From assembly GCF_035084215.1 (NCBI RefSeq), contig NC_090335.1:56172001-56236000 (forward strand): DNA of 64,000 bases, read 5' to 3'. The position numbers and the translations under genes were made by a program. Origin of the DNA: Heptranchias perlo (lineage: Eukaryota). The notes beneath the pieces were generated by a model. The model made no database searches. It was given only the letters and a program-made list of their open reading frames with translations, and was not told the DNA's origin. Below, piece by piece: positions 51,140-63,667 of the stretch. How positions within the stretch are numbered: position 1 is the first letter of the stretch; each line of letters opens with the position of its first letter.

Positions 51140-54100
51140 ACGGGTGCGGTAGCATAGTGGTTATGTTACTGGACTAGTAATCCAGAGTCATGAGTTCAAA
51201 TCCCGCCACGGCATGGGGAATTTAAATTCCATTAATTAAATTCAATTAAATAAAATCTGGAATTAAAATACTAGTATCAGTAATGGTGGCCATGAAACTA
51301 CCGGATTGTCGTAAAAACCCATCTGGTTCACTAATGTCCTTTAGGGAAGGAAACCTGCCGTCCTTACCCGGTCTGGCCTATATGTGACTCCAGACCCACA
51401 GCAATGTGGTTGATTCTTAATTGCCCTCTGAAATGGCCTAGCAATCCACTCAGTTGTAAAATCTTGCTTAAAAAAAGTCACAAGAATAAAACCGGACGGA
51501 CCACCTGGCATCGGACCACTAGGGACACGACAAAGGCAAACCAAGCCCAGTCGACCCTGCAAAGTCCTCCTCACTAACATCTGGGGACTTGTGCCAAAAT
51601 TGGGAGAGTTGTCCCACAGACTAGTCAAGCAACAGCCTGACATAGCCATACTCACAGAATCCTACCTTACAGCCAGCATCCCAGACTCTTCCATCACCAT
51701 CCCTGGGTATGTCCTGTCCCGCCGGCAGGACAGACCGACCAGAGGTGGTGGTACAGTGATATACAGTCAGGAGGGAGTAGCCCTGGGAGTCCTCAACATT
51801 GACTCTGGACCCCATGAAATCTCATGGCATCAGGTCAAACATGGGTAAGGAAACCTCCTGCTGATTACCACCTACCGCCCTCCCTCAGCTGATGAATCCG
51901 TCCTCCTCTATGTTGAACACCACTTGGAGGAAGCACTGAGAGTAGCAAGGGCACAGAATGTACTCTGGGTGGGGGACTTCAATGTCCATCACCAAAAGTG
52001 GCTCGGTAGCACCACTGCTGACCGAGCTGGCAGAGTCCTGAAGGACGTAGCTGCTAGACTGGGCCTGTGGCAGGTGGTGAGCGAACCAACACGAAGGAAA
52101 AACCGACTTGACCTCGTCCTCACCAATCGACCTGTCGCAAATGCATCTGTCCATGACAGTATTGGGAGGAGTGACCACCGCACAGTCCTTGTGGAGACGA
52201 AGTCCCGTCTTCGCATTGAGGACACCATCCGACGTGTTAAATGGGATCGATTCAGAACAGATTTAGCAGCTCAAAACTGGGCATTCATGAGGTGCTGTGG
52301 GCCATCAGCAGCAGCAGAATTGTATTCCAGCACAATCTGTAACCTCATGGCCCGGCATATTCCTCACACGACCATTACCAACGAGCCAGGGGATCAACCC
52401 TGGTTCAATGAGGAGTGTAGAAGAGCATGCCAGGAGCAGCACCAGGTGTACCTAAAAATGAGGTGCCAACCTGGTGAAGCTACAACTCAGGACTACATGC
52501 ATGCTAAACAGCGGAAGCAACATGCTATAGACAGTGCTAAGCGATTCCACAACCAACGGATCAGATCAAAGCTCTGCAGTCCTGCCGCATCCAGTCGTGA
52601 ATGGTGGTGGACAATTAAACAACTAACGGGAGGAGGAGGCTCTGCAAACATCCCCATCCTCAATGATGGCGGAGTCCAGCAGGTGAGTGCAAAAGACAAG
52701 GCTGAAGCGTTTGCAGCATCTTCAGCCAGAAGTGCCGAGTGGATAATCCATCTCAGCCTCCTCCCGATATCCGCACCATCACAGAAGCCAGTCTTCAGCC
52801 AATTCGATTCACTCCACGTGATATCAAGAAACGGCTGAGTGCACTGGATACAGCAAAGGCTATGGGCCCCGACAACATCCCGGCTGTAGTGCTGAAGACT
52901 TGTGCTCCAGAACTAGCTGCGCCTCTAGCCAAGCTGTTCCAGTACAGCTACAACACTGGCATCTACCCGACAATGTGGAAAATTGCCCAGGTGTGCCCTG
53001 TCCACAAAAAGCAGGACAAATCCAATCCGGCCAATTGCCGCCCCATCAGCCTACTCTCAATCATCAGCAAAGTGATGGAAGGTGTCGTCGACAGTGCTAT
53101 CAAGCGGCACTTACTCACCAATAACCTGCTCACCGATGCTCAGTTTGGGATCTGCCAGGACCACTCGGCTCCAGACCTCATTACAGCTTTGGTCCAAACA
53201 TGGACAAAAGAGCTGAATTCCAGAGGTGAGGTGAGAGTGACTGCCCTTGACATCAAGGCAGCATTTGACTGAGTGCGGCACCAAGGAGCCCTAGTAAAAT
53301 TGAAGTCAATGGGTATCGGGGAAAACTCTCCAGTGGCTGGAGTCATACCTAGCACAAAAGAAGATGGTAGTGGTTGTTGGAGGCCAGTCATCTCAGCTCC
53401 AGGGCATTGCTGCAGGAGTTCCTCAGGGCAGTGTCCTAGGCCCAACCATCTTCAACTACTTCATCAATGACCTTCCCTCCATCATAAGGTCAGAAATGGG
53501 GATGTTCGCTGATGATTGCACAGTGTTCAGTTCCATTCGCAACCCCTCAAATAATGAAGCAGTGCGAGCCCGCATGCAAGCAAGACCTGGACAACATCCA
53601 GGCTTGGGCTGATAAGTGGCAAGTAACATTCGTGCCAGATAAGTGCCTGGCAATGACCATTTCCAACAAGAGAGAGTCCAACCACCTCCCCTTGACATTC
53701 AACGGCATTACCATCGCTGAATCCCCCACCATCAACATCCTGGGGGTTACCATTGACCAGAAACTTAACTGGACCAGCCATATAAGTACAGTGGCTACAA
53801 GAGCAGGTCAGAGGCTGGGTATTCTGTGGTGAGTGACTCACCTCCTGACTCCCCAAAGCCTTTCCACCATCTACAAGACACAAGTCAGGAGTGTGATGGA
53901 ATACGCTCCACTTGCCTGGATGAGTGCAGCTCCAACAACACTCAAGAAGCTCGACGCCATCCAGGACAAAGCAGCCCGCTTGATTGGCATCCCATCCACC
54001 ACCCTAAACATTCACTCCCTTCACCACCGGCGCACAGTGGCTGCACTGTGTACCATCCACAGGATGCACTGCAGCAACTCGCCAAGGCTTCTTTGACAGC

Positions 54101-54411
54101 ACCTCCCAAACCTGCGACCTCTATCACCTAGAAGGACAAGGGCAGCAGGTACATGGGAACAACACCACCTGCATGTTCCCCTCCAAGTCACACACCATCC
54201 TGACTTTGAAATATATCGCCGTTCCTTCATCGTCACTGGGTCAAAATCCTGGAACTCCCTTCCTAACAGCACTGTGTGAGAACCTTCACCACATGGACTG
54301 CAGCGGTTCAAGAAGACGGCTCACCACCACCTTCTCGAGGGCAATTAGGGATAGGCAATAAATGCTGGCCTCGCCAGCGATGCCCACATCCCATGAATGA
54401 ATAAAAAAAAA
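51140..54411 (+). mobile_element. Near full-length single-ORF LINE (APE endonuclease + RT, CR1-group-like) with tRNA-derived 5' head; disrupted copy
   Basis: APE motifs TNIWGL, DIAILTESYL, YRPPS, GDFNVHH, LDLVL, SDH. RT motifs KAMGPDNIP, RPISLLS, DIKAAFD, GVPQGSVLGP, FADD. Stops at 51846, 53270 and 53830, plus several frameshifts. 3' end atgaatgaataaaaaaaaa. Confidence 0.92.
51146..51212 (+). promoter_or_regulatory. tRNA-Thr(AGT)-derived internal Pol III promoter forming the LINE head (not a functional tRNA gene)
   Basis: A box tagcatagtgg (51150-51160), anticodon arm ctgga-CTAGTAA-tccag, B box gagttcaaatccc. The acceptor stem pairs poorly. Confidence 0.8.
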
Positions 54412-55066
54412 GCCTACCAATTGCAATCAGAAGGCATTGCAGTATCTTATGTTCACTTTACCTTACAGGATAGTCTCCAACAGCTAGCGTGCCATCAGAG
54501 GCAACCAGGTAGTATAAAAGAGGCAGCACCAGTACTGACTGAGACAATGAAATTCTCTTCGAGAGTTAGTGTTTCTGGCTGCATTTGCATTGTGTCCATC
54601 TTTTGATCTGGGTGAGGCTGTTATCAGCTCACATATTCGGGCATGCAATGTGCTTTAGCCATTGCTGACCTGTACGGATCTTCCACAACATTGGCAACGG
54701 TCTGTGACTTTTTAGTAAACATATGGATTTTTGTGATGCTTGTGCGTGAGTAGATCCATTATTTATCTAAACATCCCTACAGTATGAAGAGGGAAAACTT
54801 GACAGCAGGGGCTCATATTACAAAACTGGAATGGATGTTGTTCCATAATGCAAAGAGGGCATTACGCTCAGCAGGAACACGACTGTAGCTGAGAATTGTG
54901 CTGAACTGCACTAAAACTACTAATAACTGCAGTTTCTTGAAATACTAAATCCTTTTAATGAACGCAGACTTTTATTTTTCCTAAGTCCTTTTTTTGGTTT
55001 ATTTTAACAGTATTCTCACTAATTCCTTTTTAAAAATGTGTTTGTGTTGCACTTTGCCTACAACAG

Positions 55067-55279
55067 GGAAGCCAGAATTGTACTCAGAGATGTGCTGATG
55101 ACAGATTCAGGAAGACAACATTTGCTGCACGTAAAAAAGAGAGACAGTAGCAATGTCGAAAATACTGACACTTCACATGCAAAGCATCACACATCAGCAA
55201 CCAGTGAACTAAAAGATAATTGTCACGTGGAAACCAAAACATCTCACCAAGATAGTCAGTCCAACATTTTATCCAGCAG
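55067..55279 (+). CDS. SENP7: SENP7 coding exon 4 (HP1-box-like motif)
   Basis: Acceptor caacag|g, EARIVLRDVLMTDSGRQHL resembling human IPRVILTNVLGTELGRKY / LKVMLTNVLWTDLGRKF, donor ag|gtgggt. 213 nt, phase 2-2. Confidence 0.82.
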
Positions 55280-58200
55280 GTGGGTTCTTGAGCTTGCTTC
55301 GACCAGCTGCTAAACGCACATGCTGTGGCATCAGTTTTGTTCCGCTCTTTGTGAAGTCTGCAAAGACTCACCTGTGCAATATTGCCAGCATAATTGTTTG
55401 CTGCCGAAACTTTAAATTCCTATATATGTAAATTGCATTCCTCTTCATTTATCCTCAATGTACCTTAGGAGAGGTCAATTTTCCTCCAAAAATCACTGGG
55501 ACAGTGTCCAGGAGATTTACACCCTCTGAAATAATTTGATCTTTGCCAATCTTATAACTGCATAAAAACACTGATCCTCTCTTTTTTTCAACCATGTGTA
55601 TATATAGTCATCAGCAGATCTTTGCTTTTCTCCCAGTTGGAAAACTTTTGCTTGGTTTTTGGAATTGGATGATTCTACCTCATTTCAATCTGGTCACCTT
55701 TCAACGTTGAGAAGTATGTGTTCTGTTTGCTGGAGTTTTTTTTTACTGTGGTACATGCCTGCACCAGACTTCAAGTTCTGCATGCCCTCTGGAGATTTAG
55801 TTGAAGACTAGAATTTTTTTTTTGCCCAGTGTGTCTCCATCTGTTGGAGTCTGAGTTTTTATAATTAGGAATACAGTCCATATATATATTAAAAATAAAT
55901 ACATTAAAAATCTTGTCTGTACTCCACTTTCTGTTCACAAACTTCCTATTGTCACTATTTTTGGTCACACTTTTTATGTCTACATTTAACATTGTAAATA
56001 CTTGTTTAATCAATTATAATGGGAATTCCCAATCCAGACCGATCCTGGTGATGCCATCATTGCAGGCTGTGACCACTAGTGGTATAGCTCCACTCTATTT
56101 TGACAGTGAACAATGCCACAGGAGATCTACTGGTATCTTAAGCACAGACATTCCAGATGTGAGAGAAAAAAGTCCTCCAGCTCAAGGGGACATAGTAAGC
56201 ATTCATATGACTGACATATTTGAAGAGTGTTAGGTGTGGCAGCATTAGACTGTGGTGAAAAGCCTTTGTGTTCTCCTCAAACCCAACAAGGAGACTTTTG
56301 CCCTGAAATCACAAAAGACAAAAGATGCTATGGAGGCTCCACTATCTCGTGATGTGGGTATGCCTATTTTAAAGTCTTCTAAGCAGTATTCTAAGCTGAG
56401 GTATTTTTTCTAAGGAAGTTCTATATGGCATCTTGGTAAACTGCCTACTTACAGATGAACCTCTGACCTTGGGTTGAAGTTGTCTTTACTCATGGTTCCG
56501 AATGTGTCCTTAAATAGTTGGTCAATGGTACTGCTCCAGTTAGGAATCAGTGTTTGACGTTGCTGGCATGACCTCAAGTCTTCTGTTTCTGGGGAGTATT
56601 GTTTACCTTGACACCACATTTGACAAATCATCCATTTTTGGGTGTACTCTTGGCTACTGCCTCTGCTTTTAAGTCATAACCAAATCCAGACCATGTTAGA
56701 GTTGCCTACTTCTATGGGCTTTCTTGAATTTCCTTTCTATTTCTGTTATGGAATATCATAAGCTCATTTTCAGAGTTGATTTTGGCATGTTGCGTCAATG
56801 GCCCACAGATTTTTATAGTAAATCTTGTATTTTAATTGTGATCTAGGCTATTCCTAGATCTTGTCTGGAAATTGTCAGCTTTCTTTTTCCAGACATGACT
56901 ACCAATTTTTTATTTCATCAAGTTACATCGAAACTACAGCACAGAAACTGGCCATACGACCCAACTGGTGTATGCTGGTGTTTATATTCCACATGAGCCC
57001 CCTCCTTCCCTCCTTCTTCATTCCATTCCTCAGAGATTAAATACAAACTGCATAAATATCTTCAGTGCTTTGGTATATTAAAAATGTGTGTAAATCTAAA
57101 AAAAAATAATCATATTAATTTGGCTAAAACCGAATTGGGTAACCTCTTTGAACAATGTACAGAAGGGTGGTATGAGCTAACAAGTTTGAGAGTTGTTGGA
57201 TCATTTGAAATATGGCCTAGACCCAATTGCAAGGCAGCCATGTGGAACAGTCCTCCTTTTTGTAAAACATTATTATTGCCTGGACTTGCTGTCCAAAGGA
57301 GATATTTTACGATGCTTTGGTTTCAAATCATTGATAACCTATCTCTATTCCTTTGACTTTTATGATGTGAAGGATAAATATGATATAGTACGATCTTCAC
57401 TTATTCAATGTAGTTTATCTTTGTCTTGCTATACTTCCACTAAACTGATTTGGAATATTTGGGCTTTGCTGTGGTAAGTTTTCCATTGCATATGTAGCAT
57501 ACACTGTAGACTGCTCCTAGTGGTGGAGAAACCAAAGGCTGACTTGCAAGTAGGGCTTTTATATAGAATGAGAGCAAAGGCACAACAACCGACAAAATGA
57601 TGGTGGGAAACTGGAGCCCTTCCACCTGCCTTCATTCAAGGCTCACTCAAGCCATTGTTATTCTTGACAATAAATTTGAACAAAACAATCTGATTCAGTG
57701 GCTGTTAAGTTTTTTTGAGTTGGGCCTAATAACAAAAAAAATGCTGTATTTTTGTGTCCTTTTAGCTAAGGATACTGGTAGTGATGAGTATACAAAAATA
57801 GACACTCTTTCTTGCTCTCCTCTTCTTCTCGCACACTTTCCTCCTTCACTTTAGCTTCTCTCGTGCTCTGTTCTTTTTAGCTCTTCAACAGTTTTCTTCC
57901 TCCTTTTACTTTGTTCAGCATTACAGGGAGAGAGCATGGATAAAATGAGGGAGCCAACAGGTTTCTTAACCAGCTGGCAAATGGGCTGCTGAAATAAAAA
58001 AAATTAGGCCAGGTTAATGGTAAACGTTAGTTGGGACTTTTCAACCATCCTGGGCAGTGTATGTGAGTGGGGAAATATCACCTGATTTTCAGAGTAGAAA
58101 ACTAGAGGGACACTCCCAATAACCTTTTCAGCTGGAGGACGAACCGTACTCGGACAGAGGAAGACCATACTCTGCTAGGTAAATTGTGCTTCCACCTACA

Positions 58201-59119
58201 ATAGCAAGTCAATGGTCATTGCAATGTTGCATTAAAATCATTAAGGTCCTTATTTATTGCAGTGGAAAATGTGACATTCTTTAGCCACAGGTAATGTGTA
58301 CACTTCGCTATAGTCTGATACTGGACTTGCTGCTTCTATTTTATTTTTCTTCTCCTTTTCTCCCTCCCTCATCAGAAGCTCCTCCTTAAGCCAAGAGGGT
58401 AAGCAACTTGTTAATTTCCCATAACCCCTTGATGCCAATTAGTAGGATATGTGACAATGTGAGAAAAGATTCATAATATCTGTTCTCCTCCTTCCAGGCT
58501 TTGGTACTACATGGTACTCATTTTTTTTTAACAAAAAAATTATACCACTAAATTACCATTGGGCACTTCAAGTGCTTAATCCCTTCCCTGTTTGTGAAAT
58601 GCTCACCATTTGAATGTTTGCGGTAATGAGTGGGGATAGTTGTGAAATTATGTGTAAACGTGTATTAACATTGCTATGCGAATACAGTGTAAGCAACCCT
58701 GTATTAAAACTGGGCACAGAGTGGTTTGTTCATCAAGATGGTAGGTGCTATTTTCCTGTTGTGTTTAGGTTTTTCTCTTTCAAACATTAACTTTTTTTGT
58801 TGGATTTCAAAATATTAGTCTTTTTATAAACTCTTTCCTCTGGTGTCTCAATTTTCTCCCCAATTCACCTCCCAAAAGTTAATTTATATCCCAATGTCAT
58901 TTTCTTGATGGGACTAAATTGTCCTTAGCCTCCACTATCCCCAGTGCAACATGTCGTTTTGTACTTGCAGAATAGGAAAGGCCTTTCCACCCACCAAAAA
59001 AAATGCCTATGCTGAGTTTATTTTTAATGGATTGGTACTGAAAGTCTTTTCAAAGTGTAATTTACTGCACTTGTGAATTTGTGGTGTCCAACTTCTTCAG
59101 TAGGGTAAAATGTGTTCCT

Positions 59120-59490
59120 GGGAGACTAGGTGGTGCAGTGGGTTTGATATTGGCCTTTCATCTTTGAGACTTTAGTTAAAATCCAGCCCATATTAATAGA
59201 AAAAAGGTTTCCTGTCTGCTGGCTGTAATGTGTAACATGACACATGTTTGGGATGTATTGGTATAGTTCCTAGTGGAGATGAGCCAAAGCACAAAACTGG
59301 CCCTAATTTTGTATTAAGTTAGCAATTTCACTCACAGGCCACAAGATGGCTTGTTTGTCAAATAGAAAAATGCCATAAGGGGTGCTTCTCTAAAGTTGGG
59401 GCTGAGTAAGCTTTACTCTGCATCTAACATAGTATACCTCCGCTGAGAGTGCTTAATGCTGACATTGGATGTCCAAGATGAATAGTCTTC
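59120..59490 (+). mobile_element. Old tRNA-headed SINE resembling LF-SINE
   Basis: ggtgcagtgggtttgatattggcctttcatct..ttaaaatccagccca..gttcctagtgga..cacaaaac match motifs I recall from the LF-SINE consensus. Confidence 0.45.
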
Positions 59491-59669
59491 CATTCTTGTG
59501 TGCAACTATTCTTGTCACCTTTATCCACACGAAAGACAATCCCTCCCCTTGAGCTGTTTCAGTGTCCTTGCATAGAAATGCAGATAATATAACTAATTTC
59601 TTACTCTTGCAGAACAGGTGTTAAATATTGAGGGCTGAGAATTCTCTTAATTAGTTATTAAATGTTTAT

Positions 59670-60066
59670 CAGCATGGTTTAGTTGGCAGCTTTCTCACCT
59701 TGGATTAGAAGGTTGGAGGTTCAAAACCCCCTCCAAAATGTAAGCACATAATCTAAGCTGACACTTCAGTGCAATAGTGAGGCAGTGCTGCATTATCAAA
59801 GGTAATGTCCCTCAGATGAAATGCTAAGCCAAAGCCCCATCTGCCTGTTTAAATGCACTAAAGTCCCCATTTCACTGTTTGCAGAAGAACAGGGAGTTTT
59901 CTGACTCTGGTGACACCATGAAAACTGATTAACTGGTCATTCATCTCACCAGATCTTGCTGTGCACAAATTTGTGGCCATGCATGCCTACACTCAAGTGA
60001 CTGCATTTCAAAAAAAAGCAGAGATGTTGCCCAGAAATGTTAGTGCTATATAAATGCAAGTCTTTG
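59670..60066 (+). mobile_element. Deu-domain SINE
   Basis: Head ggtttagttggcagc..agaaggttggaggttcaaaaccc, Deu-like core, tail gctatataaatgcaagtcttt. Confidence 0.7.
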
Positions 60067-60159
60067 ATTTTATCTGAATCAAAGCTATTTTGATTTTATT
60101 CTGTAACTTTCTAAAGTTTGCTGCACTTCACCTGACCAAAATTAAACCTCTGTGGAAAA

Positions 60160-60505
60160 TCTTGTTCAAATGCCTCCATGGCCTCACCCTGCCCTCCAAC
60201 CTCTGCATTCCTCCAACTCTGGGCTCGTGCATCCCCATCTTCCTTGGCCCCACCAATGGTGGCTGTGTTCTCAGCCGTCTAGGCCTTAAGCTTGGGAATT
60301 CCCTCCCTTAACCTCTTCGTCTCTCCACCTCTTTCTCCTCCTTTTAAGATGCCCCATAAAACCAAACTCTTTGACCAAGCTTTAAGTTACCTGTCCTAAT
60401 ATCTCCTTCTTTGGCTGTGCCAATTTTTGTCTGATTTATGCTACCGTGATGCGCCTTGGGACATTTTACTACATTAAAGGTGCTATATAAATGCACGTTG
60501 TTGTA
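60160..60505 (+). mobile_element. L2 LINE 3' fragment
   Basis: Ends gccttgggacattttactacattaaaggtgctatataaatgcacgttgttg. Confidence 0.75.
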
Positions 60506-63500
60506 TGCTGTACCTAAAATTGAACATTAAGTGTTAATGCAGATACTTTTGCATTTTGTAATCAATTTACATTTTTTATGATTTTATTTTAATAATTTCT
60601 TTTCAATGTAATTGAACATTCCAAACCTAGTTCAACAAAGTTCTATTCAACTCCATCTTCTTTACATATAGCAACTTTACATATTAGAAATGATCCTACT
60701 TAATCCATGCAAACAATAATTCCAAAATAACAATTATAATATGCATATCACACAGGTGGATGTATAAGAGGAAATTACGGTGGATATGGTATGTCACTTG
60801 CTAAATTTTGAAGTTGGGTTCAGATAGTTTGTTTCAAAATGGATGTAGTTAATATGTTGATAAGCTATTGTATGAAATTTGTGTAACCTTAGTTTCTGAA
60901 TGATATTTTACTCATCCTGCTCTTTGAAATCCAGCTTTTAGTGTTGTAATGCAGTCCTTCGTATTCAGGTGACATCTTCTTTTGAAGCTCTCTCTTTGAA
61001 AAATCATCTGAATGCAGATATTGCATTACAGTTTTCACATGCTGTTCAAACTGGCTGCTGATTCAAATTTTGCTAGTTGCATCAAAACCCAAGCATGTTT
61101 TTTTTATTTTGGATTTTGCACTGCAGCGATTATGATGTAAATGTTTGCAATGTGATGGGAAGAGTGGGTAAAAGAAGCTTTTTGTTTGGTGTGCTGCAGG
61201 GATGTTAAATGTCTTATGCATGTATGTAGGATTTTCAGTTAATAGATGGAAATACATAAATGTGTTATTTGAAGCATTAAATAAGTTATCTATGGATGAG
61301 AATCAATGGCACAGCATTATGTTCCCACTCTAAATGGAAATTAAAAAAGTAATTGACAATATGATGTGAGAAAATTTTAGCTTCAAAGCTTGTTAATAGC
61401 ATCTAGTGGAATGCGTTATTAACTTCAGTAATGCTAAGAGAAGTTAGGGTGCTTTTCTGCCCCGTGTTATAGTTGGAGAAATAATTAAATAGTGTTTTTA
61501 GCTTTGGGGCTTTTATTTCTATATCTTAGTGGTGGATGTGAGACTGTGGCTGGGGAAAGTTGGGGACTGAAAAATTTAAGTGATTAAAAAAAGAAAATGG
61601 GCTGTACTGCAGTTGCAGATCTCAAAGCAAAAAGAGCTGGAGAGCCAATAATTTTATTTAGCTACAGTTATAGCATTTGGATGATTTTATTGGTTGGTTA
61701 TACATATTTTTGCATTTTCCACCTTTTTTCTTTGAGACTTTTAGCATAAACCTATTCTTGACTGCACACACAAATTAATTAATTGTTTGAGCTTTCTACA
61801 CATTCGAAAATCCACTTGTAAGGAGGCTATGTCTTGTAGATTTGTTTGTTTTGGGATGAGATGTTCCATCTCTTTGCTCTGGCTGGCATGCTGTTTTCTG
61901 ATCTTCATGATTTGTTAGATGGAGGTAAGACTTTTCCCCTCTCCCCAGGCTATACATCAATTGCAGCTGGGCGACCCTCTCTCACGCTCTGCCTATACAG
62001 CTATAAAGAACAGGAAATGCTTGAGAATGGCCTGGATGTGGCCATTCTCAGACTTTTCCCACAGCAACAAATCGGACCAGGAGCTCCCTAGTATAGAACA
62101 GGGTATCCAGCCTTTTGGACCACGAGATTGGATTCATACACCATAGTTAAGAAAGAAGGCTACGTCTGATTAAATCTCTTTTGGGTCAGGCAGAATCGTG
62201 CATAAACTCCATATTCAACATAATCACCTTTTCTAATAAACATTTCTACATTTATTGAAGAAGCATTCTAAATCATTGCAAACATCACTGGATTTGAGAG
62301 TGTTAGTAACACTGTACTATTCTCAATTGGCACTAATATATCTATATATAAAGTACATATAAAAATAATTGAGACATGGGTATGCATGAAATATCAGACT
62401 CCCATGCACTAAGATTAGCTGGCCTGGTTTGCTCCTTCCTTCCTTTACCTCATTCTTTTCCATACTTGGAACTGGCCGATTTAATTTTCCTTCTCTACTT
62501 TTTATTCCTTCTGCTATCCTTTTTGCTGAATCCTGTTTTATTTGTATCTTGACCTCCTATTTCTTATCTACTTGCTATTTCTGATTGCTTTTGTTTTCCC
62601 TGCCACTCCCTCTCCAATTTAAATGACTCTTCACTTCCCTATTTATCTGTTTTACCAGTGCATTAGCATCCTTTCTGTTCAAGTGTAGCCCACCCTTCTT
62701 CCATCTTCCCCAAAACCGATCTCTCTTTGCTGTGCTGTTCTGGAGAGGCCTCTGATGGGGGAGTGTCCCAACGTGCCCTGGAGCTGCTGCTTTAGATCAG
62801 CCAGGGAGCAGCTCCAATCCCACAGGCTCCTAGGAAACTGTGCTACTGGCTTGAAGTGCAGATTTTTCAATCCACAGGGTGATTTTCCAGGTGGGATGGT
62901 TCATATCAGTTCTCAAGCCAGTCTTGTTTATTTAAAAAAAATTATATTCTGATATTTGCATATAATGTGGGAGGATTTCCTATGTTATAACATTAGAGGT
63001 AGATGCCCAAAAGGGATGTTGCTACTGAGATGGATATCCCATGTTTAAAACCCATGTATTTATTTAACTATTCAAAACAAGGCAGCTGCCTGCCTTCTTT
63101 GCTGGCTAAAAATGCACAGCATGACTGTACTAAGGATGCAGAAAAAAAAATCACTTTTTTTTAAAAAACAAATTGGGAGGCTTTTTTTAAAACTGCCTGA
63201 AGTAATTTCAAGAAACGGCTATAAAAGGAATCGCGGTACAAAGATGTTCGCCCTGTACAGAAATCAATTTCCAGACACAAGTTAATGGCTCATTATAACT
63301 TGCAACAGTTATTGCTGTAAGGTAGAAAGCATACTGCCATTTTACTTGGCTTGATTTTGCATTGTTTTCCTGTATAGTGCATGCATTTACATTTTTTATA
63401 AAGAATCAAAATAGTCTTAGTACCAGAACTTATAGTATGCAATTAGATGATCGTTAATAACTGGATATTACTATTATCGCAATGTATTTATTATGTAGCA

Positions 63501-63551
63501 ATGGTGTTGACATTTTGACACAGTTAATTGCATTTTCTTAATCTGTTCCAG

Positions 63552-63667
63552 TGGAGTGCAGCCTGAGAAGAGATCAGAATGTTGTATCCAGAAGCAGAAT
63601 GAAAATTTAACCAGACCAAAGGAAAATAGTATATCACCCCTGAGAAATTCTGAGAAAGAGGCTAAAG
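63552..63667 (+). CDS. SENP7: Probable SENP7 coding exon 5 (gene continues beyond window)
   Basis: Acceptor atctgttccag|t, GVQPEKRSECCIQKQNENLTRPKENSISPLRNSEKEAK, donor g|gtgtgt. Phase-2 start matches exon 4. No recognisable homology. Confidence 0.55.

Noticed and set aside
51146-51212. Functional tRNA-Thr gene
   Set aside because: The acceptor stem does not pair properly, there is no downstream T-run terminator, and it is contiguous with a retroelement.
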